Both the position numbers and the translations under genes were made by a program. DNA of 64,000 nt, taken from Trypanosoma brucei. Its lineage: Eukaryota. The notes below the pieces were generated by a model. The model did not search any database. It had not been told where the DNA came from and saw only the letters and a program-made list of their open reading frames with translations. Position 1 is the stretch's first letter; each line of letters opens with the position of its first letter. Shown here in pieces: positions 32,003 to 42,000 of the stretch. The stretch covers positions 2,144,001 to 2,208,000 of the forward strand of contig CM000207.1 of assembly GCA_000002445.1 (NCBI GenBank), written 5' to 3'.

Positions 32003-32744
32003 TTGTGCCCGAGTTTCAGGGGCAAATCTTCTATAAGAGTCGCCCTACTACGAATGCAGTGTATTTGACGTTCTGAAGCACACCCTCTTTTGCTTCCCGC
32101 TCAGTGTGCCAGCGTCAGGACGCCAACGGAATAGGCAAAGACAGCTAGAGTAAAAGGAAACAAAAAGAGATGAATTACGAAAAGATAAGGAAAAGGAACA
32201 AGCAATATTGCAACCGGGGGCACAAATGCACCAAGGATTATCGTCAGTAACAGTAATCGTCAAAGGAACGGGACGTGATGACAGCGCAGAAGGCTGTCTC
32301 CTCACAACTCCCCCCCCCCTACTCCTTACTTGCATGTGTCCAGTTACTGCTCGCTTACTGCTGAACAGTACTTTGCACCCCAACCCCCCCCCTCCTCATT
32401 CACTCGCATGCACTTTTATTTATCTATTTTTTCGAATTCATCCCGTTATGCATTACAAGCCGTGAGTTCACCCAATTCCTTCGTAGGTGTACCTCAACTC
32501 TAAACTCACATCACCTTTACGCATGCATAGCCTCGTTCTACCCCCACCCTTTGCGATCAGTAAAACTGTCTGCAACAACACAGCGGTTGCGATCCCATAA
32601 ATGGAGAAGGAAGGAAAGAGACAAAATCTGTAAGAAATAAGGGGGAGCAGAGAAGATCATACTTTCCAGTAAACACAAGTGGGCACAAATACTACCACGT
32701 GTGCCCAGGAATAGGAAATCATAAATGATCGGAAATGGAGATGA

Positions 32745-32745
32745 A

Positions 32746-32770
<25 letters not shown>
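32745..32770. repeat. (TA)13 dinucleotide repeat.
   Basis: atatatatatatatatatatatatat immediately downstream (on the minus strand) of the 32843..35101 gene. Confidence 0.9.
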
Positions 32771-32777
<7 letters not shown>

Positions 32778-32842
32778 GGTCGTTTCCTCCACTCTATACA
32801 AGACATCACACAAGGGTCTAGACATGCAGCCACACTTATCCC

Positions 32843-35101
32843 CTATAGAAGCCTCATCAGCTTCTCACGAATGGGTGCCGCTTTGACGTTGTAGCTGGCT
32901 AGATTTCCCGAGTGAGCCGCGAACATAAGCTCCAACGCGCTACTAAGCCGTGGGAGGAGTGTCCGTGGCCGCAGAGAACGAGGAAGGTTGATTGCAATGC
33001 TAGCCGCACGATCCAGCACGGAAAGAATCACCTCCGGATGCATGCGAACCGAAGCTGCACACTGAAGAACTCTGTCAGCTGCACGAAGTAAGTGCTGCAC
33101 GACCCCAACAGGTAAACTGGCGGAGGATCCGCCGCCTCGTTGTGCGCTAGCACAGGCTTTGCGATACTCAAATAGGGCCGCACATGCGCACAGGACATTC
33201 AGCATGCGTAGGTTTTGACTCGCATCGACAGAAATAAATGAGCTGCTCAACGCTTGACCCACACGTTGCACCTCGTCTGACAACAGGGCGTTGGGAGTGC
33301 GCAGGATCTCCTCAAAATGTACCTGAACGGATTTAGACTGTTGGCTCTCCAACGCAAGCCACACAGCGGACGCAGTGTCGCCACACGTCATCTTTTCACG
33401 GATCAACTTTCTGTTAAGTACGTCAACGGCCTTGTGCCTGTAGAAATCAACGGCGCTAATCCACCTGCTTACGGTAGCACTCGCCGGATATTTGTCGTGC
33501 AGCAGTCGACGGAGAGCAACCTGAAAAGGACTGTTATCCTCCCACGATGTCTGGATAAACGTTTGGAGGGACAAAGACGTGTACCGATCACGCACCGCGT
33601 TCGATGTCTGGCCAATCACGGTGCGGTAGAGCTCAGCAGGATTCATGAAGGGTGAGTACACTGTGTAAGTAGCTGCCGTACGCCACAGAAGTGGATGCCA
33701 CCTGAAGAGTTCAACGTAGTCCCTAATGAGCTCATTTCGGGTGAAGGTGACAGAAATTTGATCCACAGGTGCGCCCATGGGAGGTGCACAGATGTCGGCC
33801 ACGTGTGCTGCCATGAAAAGTAAAGAAAAGCCACGAAGACTTTTGCCTCCCATGGGCAACTCAACCGCATCTCCCAACAGATGGTCATCTCCACTGTCAG
33901 TGATGCTAACATCCTCCCCATAAACACCCGACACATCCTCACTGCCATCACCAACATCTTCACCTAGACTAGCAATGCTCGAAACTGGGCTAGAAACAAA
34001 GTTGCTATCACCATCCTGGCCCTTCAGTCTTCCGGTGGCCGGAACCGACTGAATATGCTCATTTCGACGCACTGCATCGCGTACAAACTGCATAACACCA
34101 ACTACATCAGCCACGCACCGGCAGCCAAGTAGCTGTTCCACGACGGCGACGTACCACGGTCCCTTCACCGTACCTTCCCATGAATCCCAAGCCGTGCGGA
34201 ACAAGTGATGCATCTGTTGCAACGTCATGGGCGGCCCACAAACCACGCAAACAGCGGCTACGTAATCCACCACATCAAGATTAAGCAGGCAACACATATG
34301 CAACACCAGCGCTGCATCCCCACTAACCATGAGAAGGAGATCTAGGCAAAGGGACTTCAACTGCTGCGCCACCTGCATTGCGACGCCACCCTTCCTGTTC
34401 GCATTCCCTAAGATACGCTTACAGTCAACAAGTAACCGGTTCGCGGTGTCTGCCCAGGCAGCGTGCACTACACCGCTAGCTGGTGGGTGGAGCAACAAGT
34501 GAATGACATCCGCCAGCGCGCTCTCCTCCTCTGCACTGAATATATCCAAACTGAAAGTGCGCAAGTATTCCATAAATGTGCTGAGGAGTTGCGCACTGAT
34601 TGGAAACAACCCTGCCAGAAAGCAGCGCTGCATAGCGACCATGCATGGTCCAACGATCTCCATGAGGACGCCCTCTTTTCCAGGTGTTGACGAGCTGAGC
34701 TCGTTAAGAATCTGTTCCACACCTTCAGGGTGCACGAACCTGGAACGATACCAATCCACGTACAACCCATTCACCACGAGGCCGTCGTCGCCACACCCTT
34801 CGAGGACGCCAAGCACGATAGAGACAAGCTCCCACACAACCCCAACCGTCAGATCAAAAGGCACCTCGTCACTAACCGCCTTGAGCCGCAAAAAGAAGAG
34901 GTCCGACCACTGGCAAAGAGTTTCCGGGGTCGCAGCAGCAGAAGTTTGTTCTCCCCAAAGCGCCTTCATCTCACGGGGTTGACCATCGGGCAATTCCACG
35001 TACGAGGCAAAGCGATGTCGTTGCAAATGGACGAAAGCGTCAAAACCAGACCGTACCGCCGTGATAAATGAGGGGGGCAGACCGGATGCCGTGCACCTCA
35101 T
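32843..35101 (-). CDS. Hypothetical protein, 752 aa.
   Basis: A 2259-nt open frame co-oriented with its neighbours. No recognisable motif. Confidence 0.8.
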   Translation of the reverse strand: MRCTASGLPPSFITAVRSGFDAFVHLQRHRFASYVELPDGQPREMKALWGEQTSAAATPETLCQWSDLFFLRLKAVSDEVPFDLTVGVVWELVSIVLGVLEGCGDDGLVVNGLYVDWYRSRFVHPEGVEQILNELSSSTPGKEGVLMEIVGPCMVAMQRCFLAGLFPISAQLLSTFMEYLRTFSLDIFSAEEESALADVIHLLLHPPASGVVHAAWADTANRLLVDCKRILGNANRKGGVAMQVAQQLKSLCLDLLLMVSGDAALVLHMCCLLNLDVVDYVAAVCVVCGPPMTLQQMHHLFRTAWDSWEGTVKGPWYVAVVEQLLGCRCVADVVGVMQFVRDAVRRNEHIQSVPATGRLKGQDGDSNFVSSPVSSIASLGEDVGDGSEDVSGVYGEDVSITDSGDDHLLGDAVELPMGGKSLRGFSLLFMAAHVADICAPPMGAPVDQISVTFTRNELIRDYVELFRWHPLLWRTAATYTVYSPFMNPAELYRTVIGQTSNAVRDRYTSLSLQTFIQTSWEDNSPFQVALRRLLHDKYPASATVSRWISAVDFYRHKAVDVLNRKLIREKMTCGDTASAVWLALESQQSKSVQVHFEEILRTPNALLSDEVQRVGQALSSSFISVDASQNLRMLNVLCACAALFEYRKACASAQRGGGSSASLPVGVVQHLLRAADRVLQCAASVRMHPEVILSVLDRAASIAINLPRSLRPRTLLPRLSSALELMFAAHSGNLASYNVKAAPIREKLMRLL

Positions 35102-35651
35102 TCTACACTCCTCCCAACTTGCTTACAGTTGCAAATGTGGTCGCGCGCAAACCTAACTGCTCACACTGTCTCTGTGTTGACGGAAAATGAAATCGTACGA
35201 GAAGGAAGTAGCACTGTCTCTCTTCAGACTGCGCACTCAACGATATAACGGGACAAAGGGAGGAATGTACATCATAAACAAGCACTCACGTTCGTTTAAT
35301 CCCCGTTCAAAGCGCAGGCTACACATCAAAAGCAGAGCAGCAGCTCCACATATACGTATATATACACGTGGTCGGGTCGTATCATGGGGAAGAGTGGTTC
35401 GGCAAAGAACAGCACCACTCGATGCAGAAGTCCATCGAGTAACAACTGGTACGCACACACAAAAACAAACAAACCTAGAACTCTCAGACTGCTTTTCCGC
35501 AAACCGCAGTGGAAAAACAACAACAACAACAACAAACATCAGACAACCCTCACACCCACTTTCACCACCACAACTATCACCCCCCCAAAAAAAAAAAAGG
35601 AAAACAAAGCACAACTACGAATTACACTCAACATGGAGCTAACAAGGCAAA

Positions 35652-38159
35652 CTACTGCACGTCCTTGTTGCACTCCGTAGCTTCCTCCTTGCCAGTGTCG
35701 TCTACCACCTCCACAACATCGGGAAGCATTATTTCACCCTTTGTCATCTCCGCACCTGTCGCATCGTCCAAAAAGACTGCCCTACCAACATCGGGCTGAG
35801 GCGTAGTATTGAGTTTGGCGCCGGTGGTGCTAGACTCGCTAGAGCTGTCAAGTGGAAGCCGCAGCAGCACACGGAGGGCCAGTAAAGGCAGCTCCTTCTG
35901 ACACCCCCATACAAAAGCAGCCCCTGTAAACACAACCCCAAGCACGAAGAACACTTCCCCCACAAGGTAGGCGGTAAAGTCGCCAATCGTGCGATCGAGA
36001 AGAATGGCAACGAGCCCTTTCGCCGCGGACACCCACGCTACGGTTGACCATCGTGGATCTGCTGTGAAGAACTCAAGGAAGACAGTGGTTGAAACCCATG
36101 GAAAGGCTATATACAGAGTCAAGTTGTACAATTTAGATAGTACACCAACAACTGACAACCCAAAGAGTGTAAATATCAGAACCGTGTGCGCAACAGTGTA
36201 CCTCAAAAGCACCACGGAGTGCAGCTTAGCAAACAACGTCAGCATGACCATGTATTTGCCACCAGGCCAACGGCCCACAAAGCTTGTGTAGCCCGTACCA
36301 TCACGGGTGGCGATGTCGTGTAATTCATTTCGCATGGCTATCAAAACAATGGCCGTCTGAATGAGTGCCACAAAAGAGTGGGTGCAAAATGTCGTGCCAG
36401 TGTAGAGAGACACTACGCAGAATAGGCCGTTACAAACAGCACAAACGGTGGCAAAGAACACATTGACCATCCTGCAAACACCCGAGAAAAACCACCACAG
36501 CAGCCCCCACGCAGCCTGTGCCTCCGCAGCAAGCAACTCCTTCTGCAAGCGATACAGATATGCAAGCGGAGAGCAGAGGGCGTCCCCAATGCGAGACAAG
36601 TCGTAATCCAGAAAAAAAAGCGACAGCGTTTGAAGCATCCAGGATAAAGTAAGCTGCAGTGCACCGTACAGTGTCTGTAACGGCCAGCGTACGACCACTG
36701 TCAAAATCACTTGTACAATATTTAGGCAGTACAACACCAAATGCCACTCTGCGCGCAAAGTCCAAAGAAGCACGCGCCAAAGACCCGGGACGAGCTCCAA
36801 CGCATCCAGCACCAACCGGACCGTCTCGAAGACACAATCGACAGACCTAACACCAAGTTGAAAGCGCTGGTCTTCAGCGTGCTCCAGGAGAGATTTCGCA
36901 CACAAAGTCGAGTTAGTGCCCTTCACAGCGCGACAGTACGCTCCCGTCACAAACACGCCCACGTCCTCCAATAGCTGAAGGACGTCCGGCATGAGGTTCC
37001 AGCACGTCCAAATTATCGTTTGGACGAAAGCAAGAGAATTTGCGACTACTGTAGCTGCGATGGGGATGACGACACGGTCGGCGATGAATGCAGCGCCTTC
37101 GGGTATGTTCCGCACTGCCATGGGTAAATACCATACGCAGCGAAAGAAATATGGTACTTCAGCCCTTAACGCCGTCGGGACAAGGGTAGGATCCCCCACG
37201 AGCTTCGAGAAGCGATAACTCACCGCACTAGGAAGGCACAGCAAAACGTCAATCTCGTCCTTGAGAATCGACTTACCAACTGCCTGCAGTTGCGACAAAG
37301 CGTCAGCACATTTGTCTGCATGGAGAATGCTAACCACAGCCTTGAAGTTGCCATCAGCATAAAACTCTACGGTAACGTTTTCAAATGTTGTGCTGGCGTC
37401 CAGGGTTAAGCAACGGGAAAAGGTTTTCCCGTTGCTATTGCCATCCCTAGCACTCGAAGGGAGGCCACAACGCAGAGTGACATCTTCCAACCGACCACTT
37501 TCTCCGAGAAGAGCCACCTGGTGCAAAGGCAGGAAACCTCCGTTAGCACCATCACCAAGACAACTCTCCATGGAACCGATGCGGGTGTTGGTGGCAAATG
37601 AAACTAAAGTGTGACGCCGCATGCCTAGTTGTCGTGTCACGGCGCCGGCTTGAGTGGGAATTGTACCAGCAACCGCCCCGCTGCATGGCTGCCGTGTCAA
37701 CGTCACGTCGTTGTACATCACGAGAAGATGTTCCGGACCGGTGGCTTCCCCCGTTGGCCAAAGGGCTATTTGTCCACGGTACCGTGAGGTCCATGTCCTA
37801 GCCTTAGGTGGAAGTGTGACGTGAACGGTGTGGCTGAGCTGCTCCAAACACTGACCGGCCAAGAGGAAACAGAATAAGAAGGTGGTAGCGCCACGCTCCC
37901 ACGTCCTCACCCCAGAAACCAGTGCAAGCCCCGCCCCAGCCGATACAAGAAACCATGAGATGCTGGAGAGTGACAAGGAGACCAGCAAGCAAACAGGTAG
38001 ACATATGAGACTAATGTAATGCCATCGGAGGTTTATGAACCACGACGGAAGCCGGGATACGGTGGACGCAACATGTTGCACCAAAAAGACAAGTCCAATT
38101 GTAGCCAAAGAAACACTGAAAGCGATATGCAGATCCCTCTCCTCCAATGTTACCCGCAT
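35652..38159 (-). CDS. Polytopic integral membrane protein of unknown function, 835 aa.
   Basis: Many hydrophobic helix-length segments, for example LATIGLVFLVQHV, ISLICLPVCLLVSLSL, WFLVSAGAGLALV, LLWWFFSGVCRMVNVFFATVCAV, LIFTLFGLSVVGVL and FFVLGVVFTGAAFVW. These are separated by a soluble region of about 230 aa. No catalytic signature recognised. Confidence 0.8.
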   Translation of the reverse strand: MRVTLEERDLHIAFSVSLATIGLVFLVQHVASTVSRLPSWFINLRWHYISLICLPVCLLVSLSLSSISWFLVSAGAGLALVSGVRTWERGATTFLFCFLLAGQCLEQLSHTVHVTLPPKARTWTSRYRGQIALWPTGEATGPEHLLVMYNDVTLTRQPCSGAVAGTIPTQAGAVTRQLGMRRHTLVSFATNTRIGSMESCLGDGANGGFLPLHQVALLGESGRLEDVTLRCGLPSSARDGNSNGKTFSRCLTLDASTTFENVTVEFYADGNFKAVVSILHADKCADALSQLQAVGKSILKDEIDVLLCLPSAVSYRFSKLVGDPTLVPTALRAEVPYFFRCVWYLPMAVRNIPEGAAFIADRVVIPIAATVVANSLAFVQTIIWTCWNLMPDVLQLLEDVGVFVTGAYCRAVKGTNSTLCAKSLLEHAEDQRFQLGVRSVDCVFETVRLVLDALELVPGLWRVLLWTLRAEWHLVLYCLNIVQVILTVVVRWPLQTLYGALQLTLSWMLQTLSLFFLDYDLSRIGDALCSPLAYLYRLQKELLAAEAQAAWGLLWWFFSGVCRMVNVFFATVCAVCNGLFCVVSLYTGTTFCTHSFVALIQTAIVLIAMRNELHDIATRDGTGYTSFVGRWPGGKYMVMLTLFAKLHSVVLLRYTVAHTVLIFTLFGLSVVGVLSKLYNLTLYIAFPWVSTTVFLEFFTADPRWSTVAWVSAAKGLVAILLDRTIGDFTAYLVGEVFFVLGVVFTGAAFVWGCQKELPLLALRVLLRLPLDSSSESSTTGAKLNTTPQPDVGRAVFLDDATGAEMTKGEIMLPDVVEVVDDTGKEEATECNKDVQ

Positions 38160-39048
38160 GACGATATCTGGTGTCCTTCAAAAGTTCTACGCCAGTCCAC
38201 TCTACTTCTGTAATCAACTAGGTACAGGTCGGTGTCCCCCTTCCCCCCCTCCCACGTCCCAGAGAATTACCCTTGGCAACCAGTGCCCTTCTCAAAGTCG
38301 CACCTCCTTTCCTCCCCCCTCTGGAGGCACACATTTGGATATAAACAAAAGAAACCAACCGAGAGAAAAGGGAAATGGGGATACGCAAAAGTACGTGTAC
38401 ATCATGGGGTTTAAGTGAATTAAGAACCCTGACGTCTGAAATTGGGGTGGAGCATCGTCTTTGTTACGATGCCTGTGCATATATGTGCACGCAACAAAGG
38501 ATAGGTGGTTCAAGTGGAAGAAGGGGCGATGAAAAATTCACGGGCACCAACGCAACAGCGGAAAGAAAAATAATCGCACACTGAGAGGCGAGTTCAGGGG
38601 TAGTACAACCAGAAAAGGAACAGAGGCAAGAAAGAAAACGCTGGCCCCATACAAATGTGTTCAAAAAAGGGGGAAGAAACTTTAACACAACAGTTCCGAG
38701 CAAAATTAAAACGTCAAGTCTCTCAACCATCCACTGATTTTTTCGGTATGAAAGTAAAACACAGTGCCACTGGTGATATTTTCAAAGGGGACGTTTAAAC
38801 CAGGCACCACTTTAATACTTAAAAAGAAAAAGGGGAGTGAAGCGGATATGCGAGAGGAAAAACTAGTCCCAAATCAAAAACCACAATACGCACAACGTTA
38901 TATGCGAACTTACACACAGGGAGGCCCTCATGGAAAAAAGTGCATTGTTTATGCCTTTGAGTCACAGACAGACAGGTACTTTCTTGTCGTTCCCTTTCTC
39001 TCTCCAAGAAACCGAATCACTAAAAGCACTAGAAAATTTGCTTCGCCA

Positions 39049-42000
39049 CTAGCAACTCTCAGTGACACGCGTATTTACCTCCCGCTTAATGCGTTCCAAG
39101 TGACCCAGTATCTCGATCTTCCAGTTGCTGCTACTCTGCACAGCACAGTTTACCCCCGTCATGTCACTACTGCAGCCAAAAGCGTCCTCCTCACTTCCTA
39201 CACTTCCACTGCCTACACATTCGGGCGCGGCCACCAGACGCTGCTGCACAACTTTCCACCGGTCGGAATCCTCACGATGCCATTCAACGACACTCGCCGA
39301 CACCTCTCGAACAAGTGCCATTGCTGCATCATCACTATAAACATTGGTGGTTGCCTCACGCATTACACATGGATATGCTGATGCGCCTTCGGCAACAACA
39401 GGGGCTCTGGAAAGCGTTGTGTCCATCCGCAGGCAAACGTTGTCAACGAATCTGGCGTATTCTTCACCCACGATGGAATGCAACGCGTGTATATTACTTT
39501 TGTCAACTTTGTTAAGGTGCCAAATCATCAAAAGTAACACCCCGACTTCGACTGTATCTCCTCTAGTAACGGCGTTGCCGAGGTGAAAAAGAAGAATTCG
39601 TATCGTTCTCGGCCTATTCTCGTTGGCCTCCAACACCTGCCTAAGCGCCACGGGTTTCAACTTGCCAAAAGCTTCCGTTGTTGTCAGGAGCATGTAACTC
39701 AGATGATCACGCGTCTCGAAGAGGCGGCTGTATTCCCTCATGCGCATGCGAACCCACGAATCGTTTCTAACGGCTATGGCATTAATGCAGTTCACAATGC
39801 TCAACACCAATGGAACGGGAGGTGGGGAAAGGATATCCTCGATGCTCCGAAAGAGGAGGTCGAGATTCTGTACGATGTTCATTGCTTCTGCACGGTTGCT
39901 AAACCCGTGGTGATTCAACGCAAAGTGTGAAGCAATATCTTCGAGGATAATCCTCCTGAAAATAGTCGGATGTCTCCCCCGAACGATATCGCGCACAACA
40001 CCGGCGCTGGAGTTGCAACCAAGGTCCCGTATGGCAAGACGGGTGGCCGCGCGGCGAATACGCTTCTCGATACCGGCGAATATCCGTGGCCTCTGGGATG
40101 CCAAAAGGCCTTCGCCGGTGTAGCTGCTTCGTGAAGTCGGACTCGCCATCACGTGCTGTATCGAGTCCCACAGTAACGTCAACCACGGGAAGGTCAACAG
40201 CATTTCGCTGCTCTTGGGACAACCCACAATTTTCTCAATGTAGGTTAGCACCCGAAGGGCAACTACGGCCGGTGACTCACGCTCTCCGCAGACTGAGGAG
40301 GAGGAAGGGATACCGGTGAACGAACTCCCACGCTGGACATTACCCTGCCCAGAAACAGCGAACGTGAACTCCCCCGTAACGACCGCCGCGTCCAGTATGT
40401 CCTCACAGGATTCTTCCATGTGGTTATTCATGTTCTGAAGCAGACACTCGAGGAGGCGAAGAAGTGGGTAGATCACCTGGGGTTCCCGAAGTACACCCTC
40501 ACTGTATGCCCGGACACGGGACAACTCATGAACCTCGCACAGTTGATACTGACTACAGTCGCCTCCAGAACCCTCACAGAATGATCCAAAGCCGTACTCC
40601 CGCCGCGCCATGCGCAACGGCTGATGAATCAGGCAGGGCAAATAACCTTGCGAGCCAACCACATGCAACCGTTTTTCGGTTGTTGATACACCAGCAACTT
40701 CATGAGGTAAATTGTCTCGTCGACTCCCCAAGGACGCAGTCCGTATTTGTCTTGCCCTTTCAAGGCCGCCGCTTGCTGCGGGTAGGAATGCTCCAAATGC
40801 CATTTGAAACAAGCAGTTGAATGTGGCCATACCAATGGGAACACATGCGGCTTCAGGGCCGGCCATCACAGCGGCAAGTACCTCATACCCCCGGCTATTA
40901 ATGAATTTTTTGTGGGAATCCTCCCTGCTGTGAAGAATCAGAGACAGAATGCGAAGCGCTAACACCCGAATAACCTCACTACCATGACTCTTCCCCCCAG
41001 CCAACAATATCAGGAAGGAGGCGCCAGTGTTGTCAAAAGCACTCTCAATCAAGTCACATACAGTGGTGTCAGTGCGCGCGATGTCAAACAACATATGAAG
41101 CACAACCGCCTTTACACGTTCATGCGTTTTGCTAACGGCCTCAATCAACAGAAATTTCAACACTTGTTCAATCTCCCGCGGTTCCTTGCACAACCTTTCC
41201 ACAAGAACGATCAGATTCCCCACACATTCTAGAGGAAGAGACACGCTCATATTCAGTAAGCGCTCAAAACGACCGGGGACCAACCGGAATATTGCAACAT
41301 TCTCTGGGAAGAGGAGTGTATCACTAAGTTCGCGCAACAAGCACGATGCATCGTGTGGTCCAAGCCCCCCTCTATCAACGAGATCGAGCATCAGAGAGAG
41401 AATGCTTTGCGTGGTATCATGGTTGCGCATTATCTTTCCACCGCGCGGGATGGTACAGGATATCAGGAGCGCGGGTACATCAACTGGCATATGACGCCAG
41501 GAGAGCAATGCCCCTCGTAGCCGCTCAATAACACCCCCATCTATGATCCGGTCGATGCCCCCGTCTATCGTGGATAACTTCATTGTCGTGCAGAGGAAGC
41601 GCACGCATAGCCTGGCAACTACGGGAAAACTCTCCGCAGCTGCCCCGGCCCCCGCCACGGTCCGAACCGCCCAACCTGCCACATCATGGTGCGCGAAGAT
41701 TTCACCCATATTTGGTGGCAAAAACGTAGTCAAATTTGACACAGACAAGTTCTGGGGTCGCTGCCTGATCTCATCAACAACCTTGATAATGGGAACATCC
41801 TCCCCGAAGGAAACTCCGCACAGCACGTTCAACGGAAGGTAACACGACGCCGCCGCTTCAGACAGAGACTTTGGGCCCAAATCGTACAATTTCATGACCT
41901 CCTCCATCGTTAGCGCACGGTCCAACAGCTCCATGCTCGCGGCAAAACCGAAGAATGAAGGGACACCAAGAACTCCACCAAGAGAAATTTTCACCACCTT

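Noticed and set aside
38764-39381. 205-aa plus-strand ORF spanning an intergenic region and the 3' end of the 1708-aa gene.
   Set aside because: Opposite strand to every supported gene in the window. It overlaps a strongly supported CDS. No recognisable motif.
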